NCBI GenBank assembly: GCA_951406725.2
Contig: OX597817.1
Coordinates: forward strand, 25,048,001 to 25,112,000
Length of the DNA stretch: 64,000 nt
Direction: 5' to 3'
From: Octopus vulgaris
Taxonomy: Eukaryota
Each line of letters opens with the position of its first letter. Position 1 is the stretch's first letter. The position numbers were made by a program, and so were the translations under genes. Under the pieces are notes generated by a model. That model was not told the DNA's origin, did not search any database, and saw only the letters and a list, made by a program, of their open reading frames with translations. Of this stretch, positions 26,181 to 39,968 are shown in pieces.

Positions 26181-28579
26181 GTGTAGATAATGTTATATGC
26201 TAAATATTTTTCTCATTTACAAACACTAGAAGATAGAGTATTAGAGATTTAACCATGATGTAAAGAGAAATTAATAACCAACTTGATGTTACTTGTGATT
26301 TTTTTCTAGTTAGCATCCATGTCAAAGTATTTGAGGTCAATTTTTAGATTGCATATTTTTCGGTTTAACCATGACACACGTAATTTTTTTATAAAATAAT
26401 TGAACTTAGAAATGAGCTACCTTCACTCACATGTTTTACTGAAGTTGTATTAAGCAACTATTTTTAGTAAAAGACTAGAAGCAAGCATCTGCTAACTGAT
26501 TAAATTGCTTAACCTGTCTGTGTTTTATACATTAATTTTTATTGATTTACTTTTATTTGAAACATTTTATCTAGTTTTGACTAGACATTTTAATTTTTTT
26601 CATAACTATACTTGAATTTAAATTTCATATCCACTATTGAACATTCTAATGTATTTTTTTTTTTACATTATTATACATTACACATAAATCATTTTATCCT
26701 GAAACTTCATAGATATTTTGATATTTAATTTCTAGCAATATTTACTTACATATTATGTTACCCAAAGGCAGTAGAATATTTTTCTATATATCAGATTCTA
26801 CTATAAATTTATGACACTGTAATAGCATATGATATATTGTATTGCTGAAAACTTTTTCCCAAACGATAGGTCAAATAAATATGTACAACAATTCTAAATT
26901 CTATTATTTAACACATAACTATTTTATTTTTACCTCAGTGCCAACCAATGATTAGGTAATCGGGTACTATATGGAAACTCATTGTGGATATGTGTATAGG
27001 TTATTGCACATATGTACAAATTTGTGCCTGTGTCTGTATGTATGTGTGTCCTCACATTTGTTTAACTTTGTCACTGCCTTACATTTGATGTCGTTTTGTT
27101 TACCTCTCTATAACTTAGTGGTTCAGCAAAAATTGAACGATGTAATAAAGTAGCAAACTTCAAGATGAGTACTCAAGTTGATTTGAACAATCAAACACTT
27201 TAAGATAGAACCCCAGTATAGCTAAACTCCTTTGACTGAAAACTAAAAGATTTAGAAGAATAACTATTGATGTGTGTGTGTCTGTGTGTGCATGTGAATA
27301 TAAATTTCTGTTAATTCCCCAAGAAGTAATTTATTGCAGAATTTAATTTGTAAATATTGAGTAGAAAGGAAATATTGAGTAGAAGGAAAAGTATTCAATA
27401 TCAAAAAGAAGAATCTAAAAATAACTGAAAATAATTAGTTTCATTTGTTAGACCTAGATTTAGATGAATGCTGAGGTTCTCCAGGCATGATATTTCATAT
27501 TCGGCACCCCAGCTTGCAGTACTAACTAGAAATATTCAACAATTAAATTGGTGAGAATGATAAGCTTTTATTATTGGTTAGGTAATGCAATCTTGTGTTA
27601 GAGGAACCAAAACTATTTGTAAACTCTTCTGTACTCTTTTGCATCTGCACTATTCTCACTTGTATCTGTACTGGCTCAGTTGTTAGAATGCCTAATGTAA
27701 CGAATGGTGTTTACTTGTTTCAGCTTTCTATGATTTGAATACAAATTCGTAAAGGTCAGCTTTGCTTTGTTTTCGGTGGTGGGAGATTGATAAATGAAAT
27801 AAGTGTCCTAGCCAGGGGTTTGAACATAGAAAGGGATGGGCTTGTTTTGTTATTTTAGCAATGCCTTCAGATTTCAAAATTTCATCCAGAGCTCCAATAT
27901 GCTAAAGTGATCTCTTCGAGTGAACTAAAAGTAACCTCAAAATACAGCTAACTCAAAACAGCTTATGTCCATAAGTACGCAATGTGCTCACTAGATAAGG
28001 ATAAAATGATGATGATGGTTATTAATCAAGTAAAACTGCTTGAATATAGTGTAGTTGGATGAATCAGGAAAGGATAAATAAAGGCATAAAACAGATGAGA
28101 TGGAGTAAATAGAATACTGTATATAAAATAGGATATATGATAAGCGGTAAGTAATTGATGAATAAATAAATATGAATAAATGAATATATAAATAGGATAA
28201 TGATTAAATGGTATAGCTACATAACTCCCTCTAGCTATTCCATTTATTCATTCATTTATTTATGTATTATTTAATACTTAGTCTATAGTTTTCCTCTTAT
28301 TCTATTAACTCTATCATATTCACTCATATCCTGTCTCATTCCAACCTATTTTATTTGGACATTTGAATATTAATATACGATGTAAAATGCTGATGCTAAA
28401 GAGGGCAAAATGATTTACTTGCAAGTCTGACTTATTCCAATTTAACCCTCTTTTCATATTTTTCTTTAATTCATGGGTTCATCTATTATCTTAGCTCTTA
28501 AGAAAGTTAGCTCCCTTAATGTGGGCTAACACCACGTCAATGTAAGAAGTGGTACATCATGCTAAGACACTTTAGATGT

Positions 28580-30353
28580 TGTCAAATAGTTCTAATCAGA
28601 ATAGCCAGCTGAAAATATGTACAAAATATCCTACCTGATGATACATATTGTTTGCAATTGATGAGAGCATAGATGTGGATGTCACATAACTAGCCATATT
28701 CATTCATGGTGTAGACAGTCACCAAGGAGTCCTTGGAGTTGGTTCTTGTGATGGACACCACAGCAGCAAATGACATTTTCATCTTTCTTGTTGGAGCACT
28801 GGACAGGGTCTGAGTGGACTGGGCCTGTGCTGCCAGCATGGCTACAGATGGCACTCCATCAATGATTGAGAAAAAAAGCAGGTGATGTGATGCAGTTGAG
28901 AGAGAGAGAGAGAGAGAGAGAGAGTAAAGACTGCAAATGGAAGACGTTATTTTTGGATACTTCACTGCATTTTGCACCAGGAGGCATTGTGTTGCAAGTC
29001 GTTCAAAATTGATCACGTCATGGAAGTGATTATCCAAACTGTTAATTTCATCCGAACTAGTGGTCTGAATCACTGTCAGTTTCACAATCTTCTCAGAATT
29101 ATAGGTATTACATATGGCTTGCGATATCACACTGAGGTAGGTGGTTAAGCCAAGGTGCCCTGTTGAAGCATTTCTTTAATCTATGAGAAGAAATTGAACA
29201 GTTCATGGAGAAAAAGGGCAAACTAGTGTTAGAATTTCAATAACCAGAATGGCTGCAAGAGACAGATTTCTGTTTTTCACTCGCCATTTACAGTCAACGT
29301 CTTTAGTCTGCCTGTTAACCTCTAACTTGATATAACTGACTTGCTGTGTGATTCAGATTCGAAGAACAAATTTAGCTCGGTAGGCTCGAACACATTTTAT
29401 CTTTCGAAAGTACCCCAAATTGACAGCCCTTGCTGTGAAAGTTTAGTGCATGTTTGGGTCTCTCTCTTTACTCTTTTACTCTTTTACTTGTTTCAGTCAC
29501 TTGACTGCGGCCATGCTGGAGCACCGCCTTTAGTCGAGCAAATTGACCCCGGGACTTATTCTTTGTAAGCCCAGTACTTATTCTATTGGTCTCTTTTGCT
29601 GAACCGCTAAGTGACGGGGACGTAAACACACCAGCATCGGTTGTCAAGCAATGCTAGGGGGACAAACACAGACACACAAACATATACACACACACATATA
29701 TATATACATATATACGACAGGCTTCTTTCAGTTTCCGTCTACCAAATCCACTCACAAGGCATTGGTCGGCCCGGGGCTATAGCAGAAGACACTTGCCCAA
29801 GATGCCACGCAGTGGGACTGAACCTGGAACCATGTGGTTGGTTAGCACCTTTGTGAACAAGTTTTCTCTCTAATGAGCATCAATAAAACAAAGCTGCACT
29901 CAATGCTCACACATAAGCACCTAAAGGACATCCTGAAATTTGCTGCTCCTCAGGATTTGACACCTGATGTTGATACACTTGTGAAGGAGAAAAGATGCTA
30001 AGTTTCAGGAACATATTAAAAATAAATGATAAAAAATAAAAGTGTTTTTAAATGTTTTTCAAAGTGTTTTTTTTTAAAATTATAAATTGTATACATTCAT
30101 AAGACAGTGTGATAATTCGGTTTTCTTTAACAGTTCCTAGTTTCACTTGTTCAATGTTTTGCAAAAAAAAAAAAATTGTTTTTTAAACATGAATGATTTC
30201 AGAATGAACTTTTTTACATTAAAACAAAGGGAAAAATTTTGAAATTACTATTTATAGCTTCTTATGCCATGATTTTACTGGTCTGGCTCACTTGAGATCA
30301 AATTGGGTTGAGATCAAATGTGGCATGTAAACTAAAATGAGTTTGACACCCTG
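28580..30353 (+). mobile_element. hAT (Charlie/SPIN-type) transposon remnant, interrupted by insertions
   Basis: AIDESIDV, LAIFIHGVD, MATDGTPSMI, HCILHQEALC, VNFIRTSGLNH, CEQVFSLMSINKTKLHSMLT; right TIR GAGTTTGACACCCTG. Confidence 0.85.
29462..29845 (-). mobile_element. SINE family A nested in the hAT element
   Basis: Matches family. Confidence 0.9.
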
Positions 30354-31373
30354 GTCTAAAAGGACCTGTTCAAGGTTGATACTCCAGCAGGGTCGTAGTC
30401 TAATGACTAAAACAAGTATGATATAAAAGACATAAAAAGGAATACAAATTCCAACAGCACAACTTCAATTTTTTCTTCATTTACAATTTATAAAGAAGAA
30501 CTATTCTATTCAGGACCCTTAAATTAACCAGACAAAAAATTGAACACAAATTTCCTTCAGCATACATAGTTATCTCCAATTCCATAGTCACTTCAGCCTC
30601 TTGAAATTAACCCAAACGTATATACATCTGTCAGTGCACATATTTATTCAGCATATCGTATTCGATTATGCTTTTGAGGATATATGAATCAGTAGGAAAC
30701 ATCATTTTATACTGCTTTCTGAATTTATCACTCTAAATCATGTATTAATGCTTGTATTCCCAAATATATATGAATATGCATTTATATGTACATTGTATAT
30801 ATCTATCTTTCTCTCCCTATTCTCTCTCTATATATATTTCAGTATATAAATATGTGTGTAGAAAGATAGATAGAGAGGGAGAGAGAGAGAGAGACAGACA
30901 GACTGACTGGAACAGATAGATAGATAGATAAATAGACAGGCAGACAGATAGATAGATGATGGCTGCCCCCTCGTTATCGAGTATGGCCATTGCACGAAGC
31001 TTAACTGTTACTGGTGCTGTGATGGAATGTGACTTTTTAGCCCAGCTAAAGATCTACAATGTCTAGATAGATACATACATACTTACATACATACATAAAT
31101 GTGTACATACATACAAACATACATTGGTAGATATCAGCAAATATCTATGTTTCATATGTTGCAAAACATGTCTATATTATTTTAATTGAATTATGGACAT
31201 ATAGAATTAATGTTTATGTAGATGTAGAAAACATTCATATGCATATATATATATGTCTATATATGTTTGTATACACCACTTATCTGTATCCGTACTCCAA
31301 TAATTTTCATATATTGTATGTAATTATATACTTTCTGCATAAAATATTATGTACAAGCAACTTGTTATATATA

Positions 31374-31768
31374 CTCTCTTACTCTTTACTCTTTTACTTG
31401 TTTCAGTCATTTGACTGCGGCCATGCTGGAGCACCGCCTTTAGTCGAGCAAATCGACCCTGGGACTTATTCTTTGTAAGCCCAGTACTTATTCTATCGGT
31501 CTCTTTTGCCGAACCGCTAAGTGACGGGGACGTAAACACACCAGCATCGGTTGTCAAGCAATGCTAGGGGGACAAACACATACACACAAACACACACACA
31601 TATATATATACATATATACGACAGCCTTCTTTCAATTTCCGTCTACCAAATCCACTCACAAGGCATTGGTCGGCCCGGGGCTATAGCAGAAGACACTTGT
31701 CGAAGATGCCACACAGTGGGACTGAACCCGGAACCATGTGGTTGGTTAGCAAGCTACTTACCACACAG
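31374..31768 (-). mobile_element. SINE family A
   Basis: Matches family. Confidence 0.9.
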
Positions 31769-32439
31769 TAATTTAGATTTACAATAGTAATTTAGATTTA
31801 CAATTTGAACTTAATATTTCTTTGCACAAACATACACATACACACACTTATATACACACATCTGTTTTCTCCACTCACTCTACATATAAGTGTACACACA
31901 CACACACACATGCATGCACATTAATGCTTATTTTTATGTTGCGTTATAATGAAAGCAGTTTAACATTAAACGGAAGAAATACTCAATACTTTCTATAAAG
32001 TGCATCTTTATTATAATTTAACAAGAGATGAGAATGACCAAATTATCGATGTCACTGTCCCCCTCTGCTTGTAAAAGTATTTTGTGTGTGTGCATGTATA
32101 TATATATATATATGTGTGTGTGTGTATGTATGTATGTATGTATGCATGCTTGTATGTATGTATGTATGTATGTAGAGTAAGTTACAAGAGCATTTTTAGG
32201 TTTCTGCCAAACAATTCAATGATTTTACCAAGATTTGGTGTACAAGAAGTACCAGTGCAGGTGAATAATGTTCAGTGGGTTTACAGACAAAAGTGAAACC
32301 CCACGAAAATTACTGCATAGATCATTTGGCCCCGATTTATGTGAGGAAACTAAAATGATATCAATTCAGTCTTGGGGCACTTTCTCAGTTCTCCAATAGA
32401 GACAAATTAATATATTCAAGAACTCAAACATTTTGTCAC

Positions 32440-32790
32440 ACCATATTTCAAGATCTCTGTACAAATTTCATCAGACATATTTTGGTCTGTTCAAAAATGC
32501 AGAAAAATGTTCTACTCAGCGTTTATGAATAAAAGTGGCATCAGACAGAAGAAAATGTCCATTTGCTGTTTTCACCAGAGCTATTGCAGAAGATTTGGGG
32601 TCATATACCTCTTTAACATAATAGTACAAAACCTCTAGCATTATTTCTATCAGCTACTCTTGTGCCCCTTTTGCTCTATCATTCCACCATTCCTGTTTAA
32701 CTTTCCTTAGAGAAATCTGCACTTTCACTTTCAGCTTTCTGTAAACTTCATCTGAGTTGGGATTCGAGGACTGAGAAAGAAGTTTTGTTT
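32440..32790 (-). mobile_element. RTE LINE internal ORF fragment (linker between endonuclease and RT)
   Basis: YRKLKVKVQISLRKVKQEWWNDRAK...KEVYDPKSSAIALVKTANG...KR*VEHFSAFLNRP. Confidence 0.75.
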
Positions 32791-32881
32791 TTCTAAAAGT
32801 AGATCAGGTGATTTGTATAAAAACCAGTTACTGGACTTACCCAATTTAAATCCCACTGACGAACTTGCGGCATATTCATTT

Positions 32882-32917
<36 letters not shown>

Positions 32918-33020
32918 ATAATAAATATTAGGGAATAAATCCAAACTTACAGGGAAAAATCAGATTTAGGATTGAATCCAATTTTATAGTAAAATATTAT
33001 ATTGTCTCTAATTTAATATA

Positions 33021-33068
<48 letters not shown>

Positions 33069-33199
33069 TTATATGTATATATATATATATATATACACAC
33101 ATGTATATTTTTACTTTTTCTTTATATATATTATCTTTAGATATTATTTTATTAATAGTTTTAAATTACATATCTTTTACTTTATAATATATATATATA

Positions 33200-33470
33200 C
33201 TTTATTTAAAGTAGCAGAAAATTCAACAAAACCTGTTACTCTGAGTTTCGTTGCCATTCATCGGACAGTTTTTACTAGAATGGAACCTATATTTCAATTG
33301 AAATATCGGTTCCATTCTAGCAAAAACTCTCCGATGAACGGCAACGGGAAACTCAGAGTAACAGGTTTTGTTGAATTTTCTGCTGCTTTAAATAAAGCAT
33401 ATTACTCTACCATTGGTATTTGAGTACTCTTTTTTCCACCTTGTTTCATATTTATGTGTTTACTCCGGTG
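33200..33470 (+). mobile_element. Spacer-less palindromic insertion (PLE pLTR-like) in (TA)n, with two degenerate hammerhead motifs
   Basis: Arms 33200-33297 and 33298-33397; right arm reads CTCT-CCGATGA-ACG(gcaa)CGG-GAAA-CTCAGAG-TA-ACAG at 33327-33364. Confidence 0.75.
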
Positions 33471-33859
33471 TAATATATATATATATATATATATATTTTA
33501 TATTTAAATCTTATATATATTTTTAAATCCCATATCTTAGAATTTTTTAATTTTAATGCATGAATGAGCTACTCTGGAATGATATGTGATCACTGTATAA
33601 AATGTTTGGGCAATGGTTTGGTGTCTGGTATGGGATAGCTTACCTCATGGGCAGATAGAAGCTCTTTAACCTTGGTCGGTAATCTACCTAGGAGATGGAA
33701 ATCACAAAATTAAAACCTGAAGCCTTGGAAGTTCACATTTTCTCAATTTTCATGTCACATAAAGAATTGCTGTTCTCTAACTATGGAAGAAGCCTGCAGA
33801 AGCAGCAGACCTAGGAAGACATGAAATTAGGAGGTAAAATATGATCTTCAGATGCTGAA

Positions 33860-34217
33860 TCTTATAGAGGCAATGACAAGTGACCAAGACTCTTGTCAAT
33901 TTGCTGTGTTTGAGAAGACACATCAAGCTAAGTGAAATCATAGCTGTGACCAATGTTGGTGACTCATAAAAAGCACTTGTGTCAGTTATATGTAAAATGC
34001 ACCCACACTGGTGATACATAAAAGGCACCCATGCTGTTGACATGTAAAAGATACCCTATACACAACAGAGTGGTTGGCGTTAGGAAGGGCATCTAACTGT
34101 AGAAATCAAGCCAATACAAACTAGAACCAGTGAAGGTCTCTGATTTACCAGTTCCAGTCAAACCATGTAACCCATACCATCATGGAAAACGGATGCTAAA
34201 TGATGATGATGACGATG
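33860..34217 (+). mobile_element. Old RTE LINE 3' end
   Basis: Diverged match to the RTE tail ending in (GAT)n. Confidence 0.7.
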
Positions 34218-34764
34218 TACATCCAATAAATTAATGTAACAATGTTCAAAGCATAACAATTAAGAATATTGTGTAATACAACTTGCTAGCTAATATTATG
34301 GAGGTAGTACATAGTCTTTGAAGATGAAAGACATAGGAGAATTCAATTCACAGTATGTGATTACTCAACATTACAACTTAAAGTTTATGATTTTTGTCGA
34401 ATACAACATAAGCATGTTACGTAAGAAAAATGAAAAAGAAAAAAGGCAAGAACAACTCACTAAGCCAAGTGATATAAATTCCTCAAGATGGCTGAGTGGC
34501 TCTGGCTTTAGATTGAATTTGCTGGGTTTTTTTTATAACTGTAAGCCATCCTTTCTGTTTGGCATGAAAATGTGCACATTTGCTTTGAAGTTTTACCACA
34601 TTAATCAACAACCTGTACTGATTGATGAAACCATATTCACAGAGGTGTTAATGCTTTATATGACAACACTTAGCTTTTTATGAAGATATGTTTGGTTGTG
34701 ATTCTGGACTGGGAAAAATTTGAGCGCTAGTTTAAATTTCAGCACCTATAGAATGTGTGCTTAA

Positions 34765-34983
34765 CCCTTTCGTTACCAACCCAGCTGAAACTGGCTCTGG
34801 TTCTGTAGTACAAATGTTTTGTTCTCAAGTTTTGAATTAAAATCTTTCACCAAACTTTAGGTACAATTTATGTTCCTAACACTAGCTTAATGATAACTAA
34901 GTTATTTTACTAAATTCTTTGTTATATTTAAAATAATGGAAAGAAACACAGAGCATCTCAAAATAAATATGGTAAAAAAAGGG
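34765..34983. mobile_element. piggyBac MITE
   Basis: TTAA TSD on both sides; TIRs CCCTTTCGTTACC / GGTAAAAAAAGGG; second copy at 40486. Confidence 0.85.
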
Positions 34984-35845
34984 TTAATCAGAGCTTAGGA
35001 AAAACCATGACAAAACTATATCCCAGAGGAATTTTAAACTATACTGCAACATCTACGTTAAATTTTGTAATACATGAAAGAATGTAAATACTCAAGTATT
35101 TTAGAGAGAATATAAGCTCTGAAATGACCAAGGAATATTACCCTATGATATCTTCTTAGAATGCAGTGTGTAAAGTGTTAATGTATTTAATGGGATGGGT
35201 AGGAAAAATTTAATCAATGAAGACTCTATCTGCATTGCAGAATCTCCTTCACTACTTTTCTATGTCCATTTATAATTTAATTGAGATTTTAGGGTAGTCA
35301 ATCCCCTTAAGATTTTTGAGAATTGGAAAGATCCCACTGTCAAGCTTAAGCAGATTTAGTGTTCACCTCTCCTGAATGCTGATAAAGTCTTGATTGATTA
35401 CAATGTCCTTGATTGTCATATTAAGTGTGTTAGCAATGACTTTGTTAAATTCAAGAAAGTCCACCGGAAATCCAAGTAATTTGATAAAGTGTTATTTTGA
35501 AAGATGCTTCCAGCATTCTATCACCTGCTCTCTGTGAAAAAACTTGTTCTATACAATATTTTTTTTATTTATTTCAAAGAGGAAGTAACTTTGTTTCTTA
35601 TAATCAAAGAAACTGCTTTTATCAATATAATAATTCTTTGTTTCATGAGTACACTATGCTTCTTTTTATTATGCAGGTCAGTCATTCTTCAATAAAATCA
35701 AAACCCCTTGTCTGATTTTCTTGACATTTTCACAGGAAATGCAGGATTATGTATCCCATGTCTCATGTACTTTTCATCTAAATCGGTGTACAATTAAAGT
35801 GGAAATGAAGAAAAACACTTTTATAGGATGTTTCTTTTTATCATG

Positions 35846-35945
35846 NNNNNNNNNNNNNNNNNNNNNNNNNNNNNNNNNNNNNNNNNNNNNNNNNNNNNNN
35901 NNNNNNNNNNNNNNNNNNNNNNNNNNNNNNNNNNNNNNNNNNNNN
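35846..35945. other. Assembly gap (100 N)
   Basis: Run of N. Confidence 1.
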
Positions 35946-36442
35946 GGAATGTAAAAAGCACCAACCGATTGTGGCCATTGCCAGCCTCACCTGGTACCTA
36001 TGCCGGTGGCACGTAAAAAGCACTCACTACACTCACGGAGTGGTTGGTATTAGGCGGCGAGCTGGCAGAAACGTTAGCACGCCGGGTGAAATGCTTAGCG
36101 GTATTTCGTCTGCATTACGTTCTGAGTTCAAATTCCGCCGAGGTCGACTTTGCCTTTCATCCTTTTGGGGTCGATAAATTAAGTACCAGTTACGCACTGG
36201 GGTCGATGTAATCGACTTAATACCTATCGCCGTCCTTGTTTGTCCCCTCTGTGTTTAGCCCCTTGTGGGTAATAAAGAAATAGGTATTAGGAAGGGCATC
36301 TAGCTGTAGAAACATTGCCGGATCATTCTGGAGCCTGGTCGAACCATCCAACCCATGCTAGCATGGAGCTGGTCGAACCGTCCAACCCATGTTAGCATGG
36401 AAAACGGACGTTAAACGATGATGATGATGAGGAGGAGGAGGA
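35946..36442 (+). mobile_element. RTE 3' tail interrupted by SINE family B (~36052-36283)
   Basis: GGTATTAGG repeated on both sides of the SINE. Confidence 0.85.
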
Positions 36443-36568
36443 TATAAGTGGCAGAGGTCTTTAGTGATCTCCAAATAATGTAGCTAGAGTGCTTTTCAGA
36501 AGGAATCATCACATTTCAAATAAGTATTTTCGATTTATTTCATTATCATAGAAACACTTTCTTGTACA

Positions 36569-36762
36569 ATAATAGTTATCGCCATACTAATATGGCATTC
36601 TTATAAAAATAAGAATAAAGCTGTCCGCTTATTAGCTCCATGAGGACAGCTTTATTCTTATTTTTATAAGAATGCCATATTAGTATGGCGATAACTATTA
36701 TTTTCCAGGAACGCTGCCGTTGTTCTCTTTTAGAGAGACTTAGTAATTTTAATATTTCTATT
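36569..36762 (+). mobile_element. Fold-back insertion with 13-bp TSD
   Basis: 59-bp perfect arms 36568-36626 and 36644-36702; TSD ACTTTCTTGTACA at 36556-36568 and 36763-36775. Confidence 0.8.
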
Positions 36763-37059
36763 ACTTTCTTGTACAGATAGCAAGCTTAGATAGATTTCAT
36801 CTTACATGTATTGTCTCAAGAGAGTGACATATACATTCAGAATCTGCAGTGTAGATCAGGAACCACAAAGTAATTCCATATACCTGACCCACCAAGTCAG
36901 CCTTTATACCAAGTAGAACTACAGGAGAAAACTCACGCTAGTTGTTAGGAATAAGTTTGGCATAAATGCACCTTTAGTTTATAGACCATTCAGTTAGATT
37001 GTGGGTGATATATATGGATTGGCAGCAACAGTGACTTGCAGGGTATTAACAGCTGTTCC

Positions 37060-37297
37060 TCCGTTTTCCGCGCTAGCATGGGTTGGACGGTTTGACTGGG
37101 GATTTGGGAAGCCAGAGGTTGCACCAGGCTCCAGTCTGATCTGGCATTGTGTCTACAGCTGGATGCCCTTCCTAATGGCAACCACTCTGCGAGTGTAGTG
37201 GGTGCTTTTACGTGCCACCGGCACAGGTTCCAGGGGAGTCTGGCATCGGTCACAATTGGTTGGTTCTTTTTAATGTGCCACCGGCACAGAAGCCAGT
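37060..37297 (-). mobile_element. RTE 3' tail
   Basis: Matches family. Confidence 0.8.
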
Positions 37298-39064
37298 CTA
37301 CAAAATCAGTATATCTCTATGGAAAGTTTATCACAACAAAATAATTGCTCGATTACATTGTATAGCAGGGTAGTTAAAACTTTATGTGATATAAATTACA
37401 TGTGCTAAAATCTATCATCAGAAGATGAAATAAGTCTATGAATTAAATTATGAATGAATAAACTGATTATACTTTTAAAGTGTTTATTATATGGGACAGT
37501 ATAACAAAAGATTCTATTTTTCATATTTGTTGCTGTATGTATCACATTAGATTCTATTCCTACCTGGTTGGTGTTATGGTCACTGTCATTTGATGATTTT
37601 TTATTCCTTTAGGCTCCCAATCTATTGGGACACTGATGTAGAATTTTCTTAGAAATTAAATGCATAATCACAGAGCCTAACGTATTTGGTTCTTCTTGGT
37701 TCCAAACACCTGCCATTGAATGAGAAGCCAGCCACACATTTGAAATGTCATTAAGACACATTTCCTTTTCAATACATCCGTTTTCATTATTTTTCTATCT
37801 GAAAACCAACCACATCAATCTCATTGCCTGAGAGTGTTTGTGAAACCAATGGTTACAGCCACACCTTCTCAAAACGTCAAATGAACACAGAAAAGGATGA
37901 AACAACTTGGAATAATCCATCTCTCCTTAATCCATAACCTAAAGAAGAATTCATTACTGAAATCAAATTAATCACTTGTCCTCTTGGTGTTTATATCATT
38001 AAATTTTACTGCCACTTTGAATCATTTATTTGAGTGTGAATAGATTGGGCTATTTTCCGTTAAGTGTCTTTTTCACAATCACAACTGTTACAGATACTAA
38101 GACCCAAAACACTTAAGATCTGAACTATTTACCCAACTCAGTCAACTGTAATTCTTAATACACGAGGCCAGGGAACAGAAGAAAGAAGAAGAAAGAAGAC
38201 ATGCACCCAACACCAGAGCTGAAGACACCTCCGAAAGGGAGGGGTGGGCTCACCACGTCAAAACGGTAGAGGAGTAGGGACCGAAACCGGACGTAGTTCT
38301 TCCTGATGATAACTTGAGCTAACTGGATCGTATAAAGGTGGTGGTGTGGTAGCAGACCACAAAACACGGTTGAAATTCCTTCATAAGGAATTTAGCATCT
38401 TAAGATATAGCACCCCCACCACCACCACCCCACCCTACCAAAAAGTTGATGGTGCACATTTTCATGTTGCAATTTACAATTAATCACTTGAAAACAGATT
38501 GACTGTCCATAGAAGGCCTAGAGATTTGGTATTATCTGTAATTTATTCTATGACTAAACAACATACAGCTAGCATATACCTCTTGGCTGGAAAAACTGAT
38601 TTATGAGCATTAAATGTGTTTCTTACAGTGTGCTGCAATTGTTATTCAACAAGAATTTCAGTGACTAAGATAAACTGTAATAAGTTTAATAGATGATCCT
38701 TCACGAAAACAAGGTCAGCAGAAATATTGCGTACTCAGCGACTATAATTATGTATGAAGTGGATAATAAATTCATGATCCAACCAAATACTATCTAATGA
38801 TAGATTTAAAATTTATACGAACTGTTCAATGAAAGTCTCAATTTGGATTTCAGCATCGATGATAAGAATATTACTTCCTACCATTGGCAATCTTCAGATG
38901 AAATATAAGCAGGTTTCATCTCAGCTGGAAAGGTAAAGAAAAGAACATGTAGAAACGCATACCCATACATTCATGCACGTACATGTATGTGTGTTTGTAT
39001 ATGTGTTGATACACACACATATATTTACATATATGTACATGTGTGTGTGTGAGGTGTGTGTGTG

Positions 39065-39095
<31 letters not shown>

Positions 39096-39211
39096 GTGTG
39101 TCTGCATGTGTGCGTAAATTTTCAATAATTTCAAAGGTAGAAAAACAGAGAAGAAAGAAGAATTTTTTTTTTGTGGGGGGAATCCAAAAATATTACTTAA
39201 TGTATACTAAC

Positions 39212-39613
39212 AGACGCAGGAGTGGCTGTGTGGTAAGTAGCTTGTTTACCAACCACATGGTTCCGGGTTCAGTCCCACTGCGTGGCACCTTGGGTAAGTG
39301 TCTTCTACTATAGCCTCGGGCTGACCAAAGCCTTGTGAGTGGATTTGGTAGACGGAAACTGAAAGAAGCCCGTCATATATATGTATATATATATATGTGT
39401 ATGTGCGTGTTTGTGTGTCTGTGTTTGTCCCCCCAACATCGCTTGACAACCGATGCTGGTGTGTTTACGTCCCAGTAACTTAGCGGTTCGGCAAAAAAAG
39501 ATACCAATAAAATAAGTACTAGGCTTACAAAGAATAAGTCCTGGGGTCGATTTGATCGACTAAAGGCGGTGCTCCAGCATGGCCACAGTCACATGACTGA
39601 AACAAGTAAAAGA
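39212..39613 (+). mobile_element. SINE family A, full length
   Basis: Matches family. Confidence 0.92.
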
Positions 39614-39968
39614 GTAACAAGTAGAAATCAAAATATTTGAGTTCAAATCTACACAGATATTCACCTTAATTGTCTGTTGTGGGATTCCACTGTTCATACC
39701 TCTTTGCTGTATCACTGAATCACATTAGAAGCTATTTGAAGGGGACTCGATACACTGCAGTGATTCAGACTCAGTGTTTATCCCTTCATTCAAAGCTATC
39801 CCAGATCAATTAATCTAAACGAGGATAGTGGCTCTTGTTTACAGAAACCAGCAAACAAATTATTTGTTAATGCATGCTGACATCTGTCAAACTGATACAC
39901 CAATGAATTGTGTGTATTAAGAACACACCCTGGCCAAAGGAGACGTTGCTTGAAGATCAAATACAACA

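Noticed and set aside
28690-29130. 146-aa minus-strand ORF
   Set aside because: Antisense shadow of the hAT transposase remnant.
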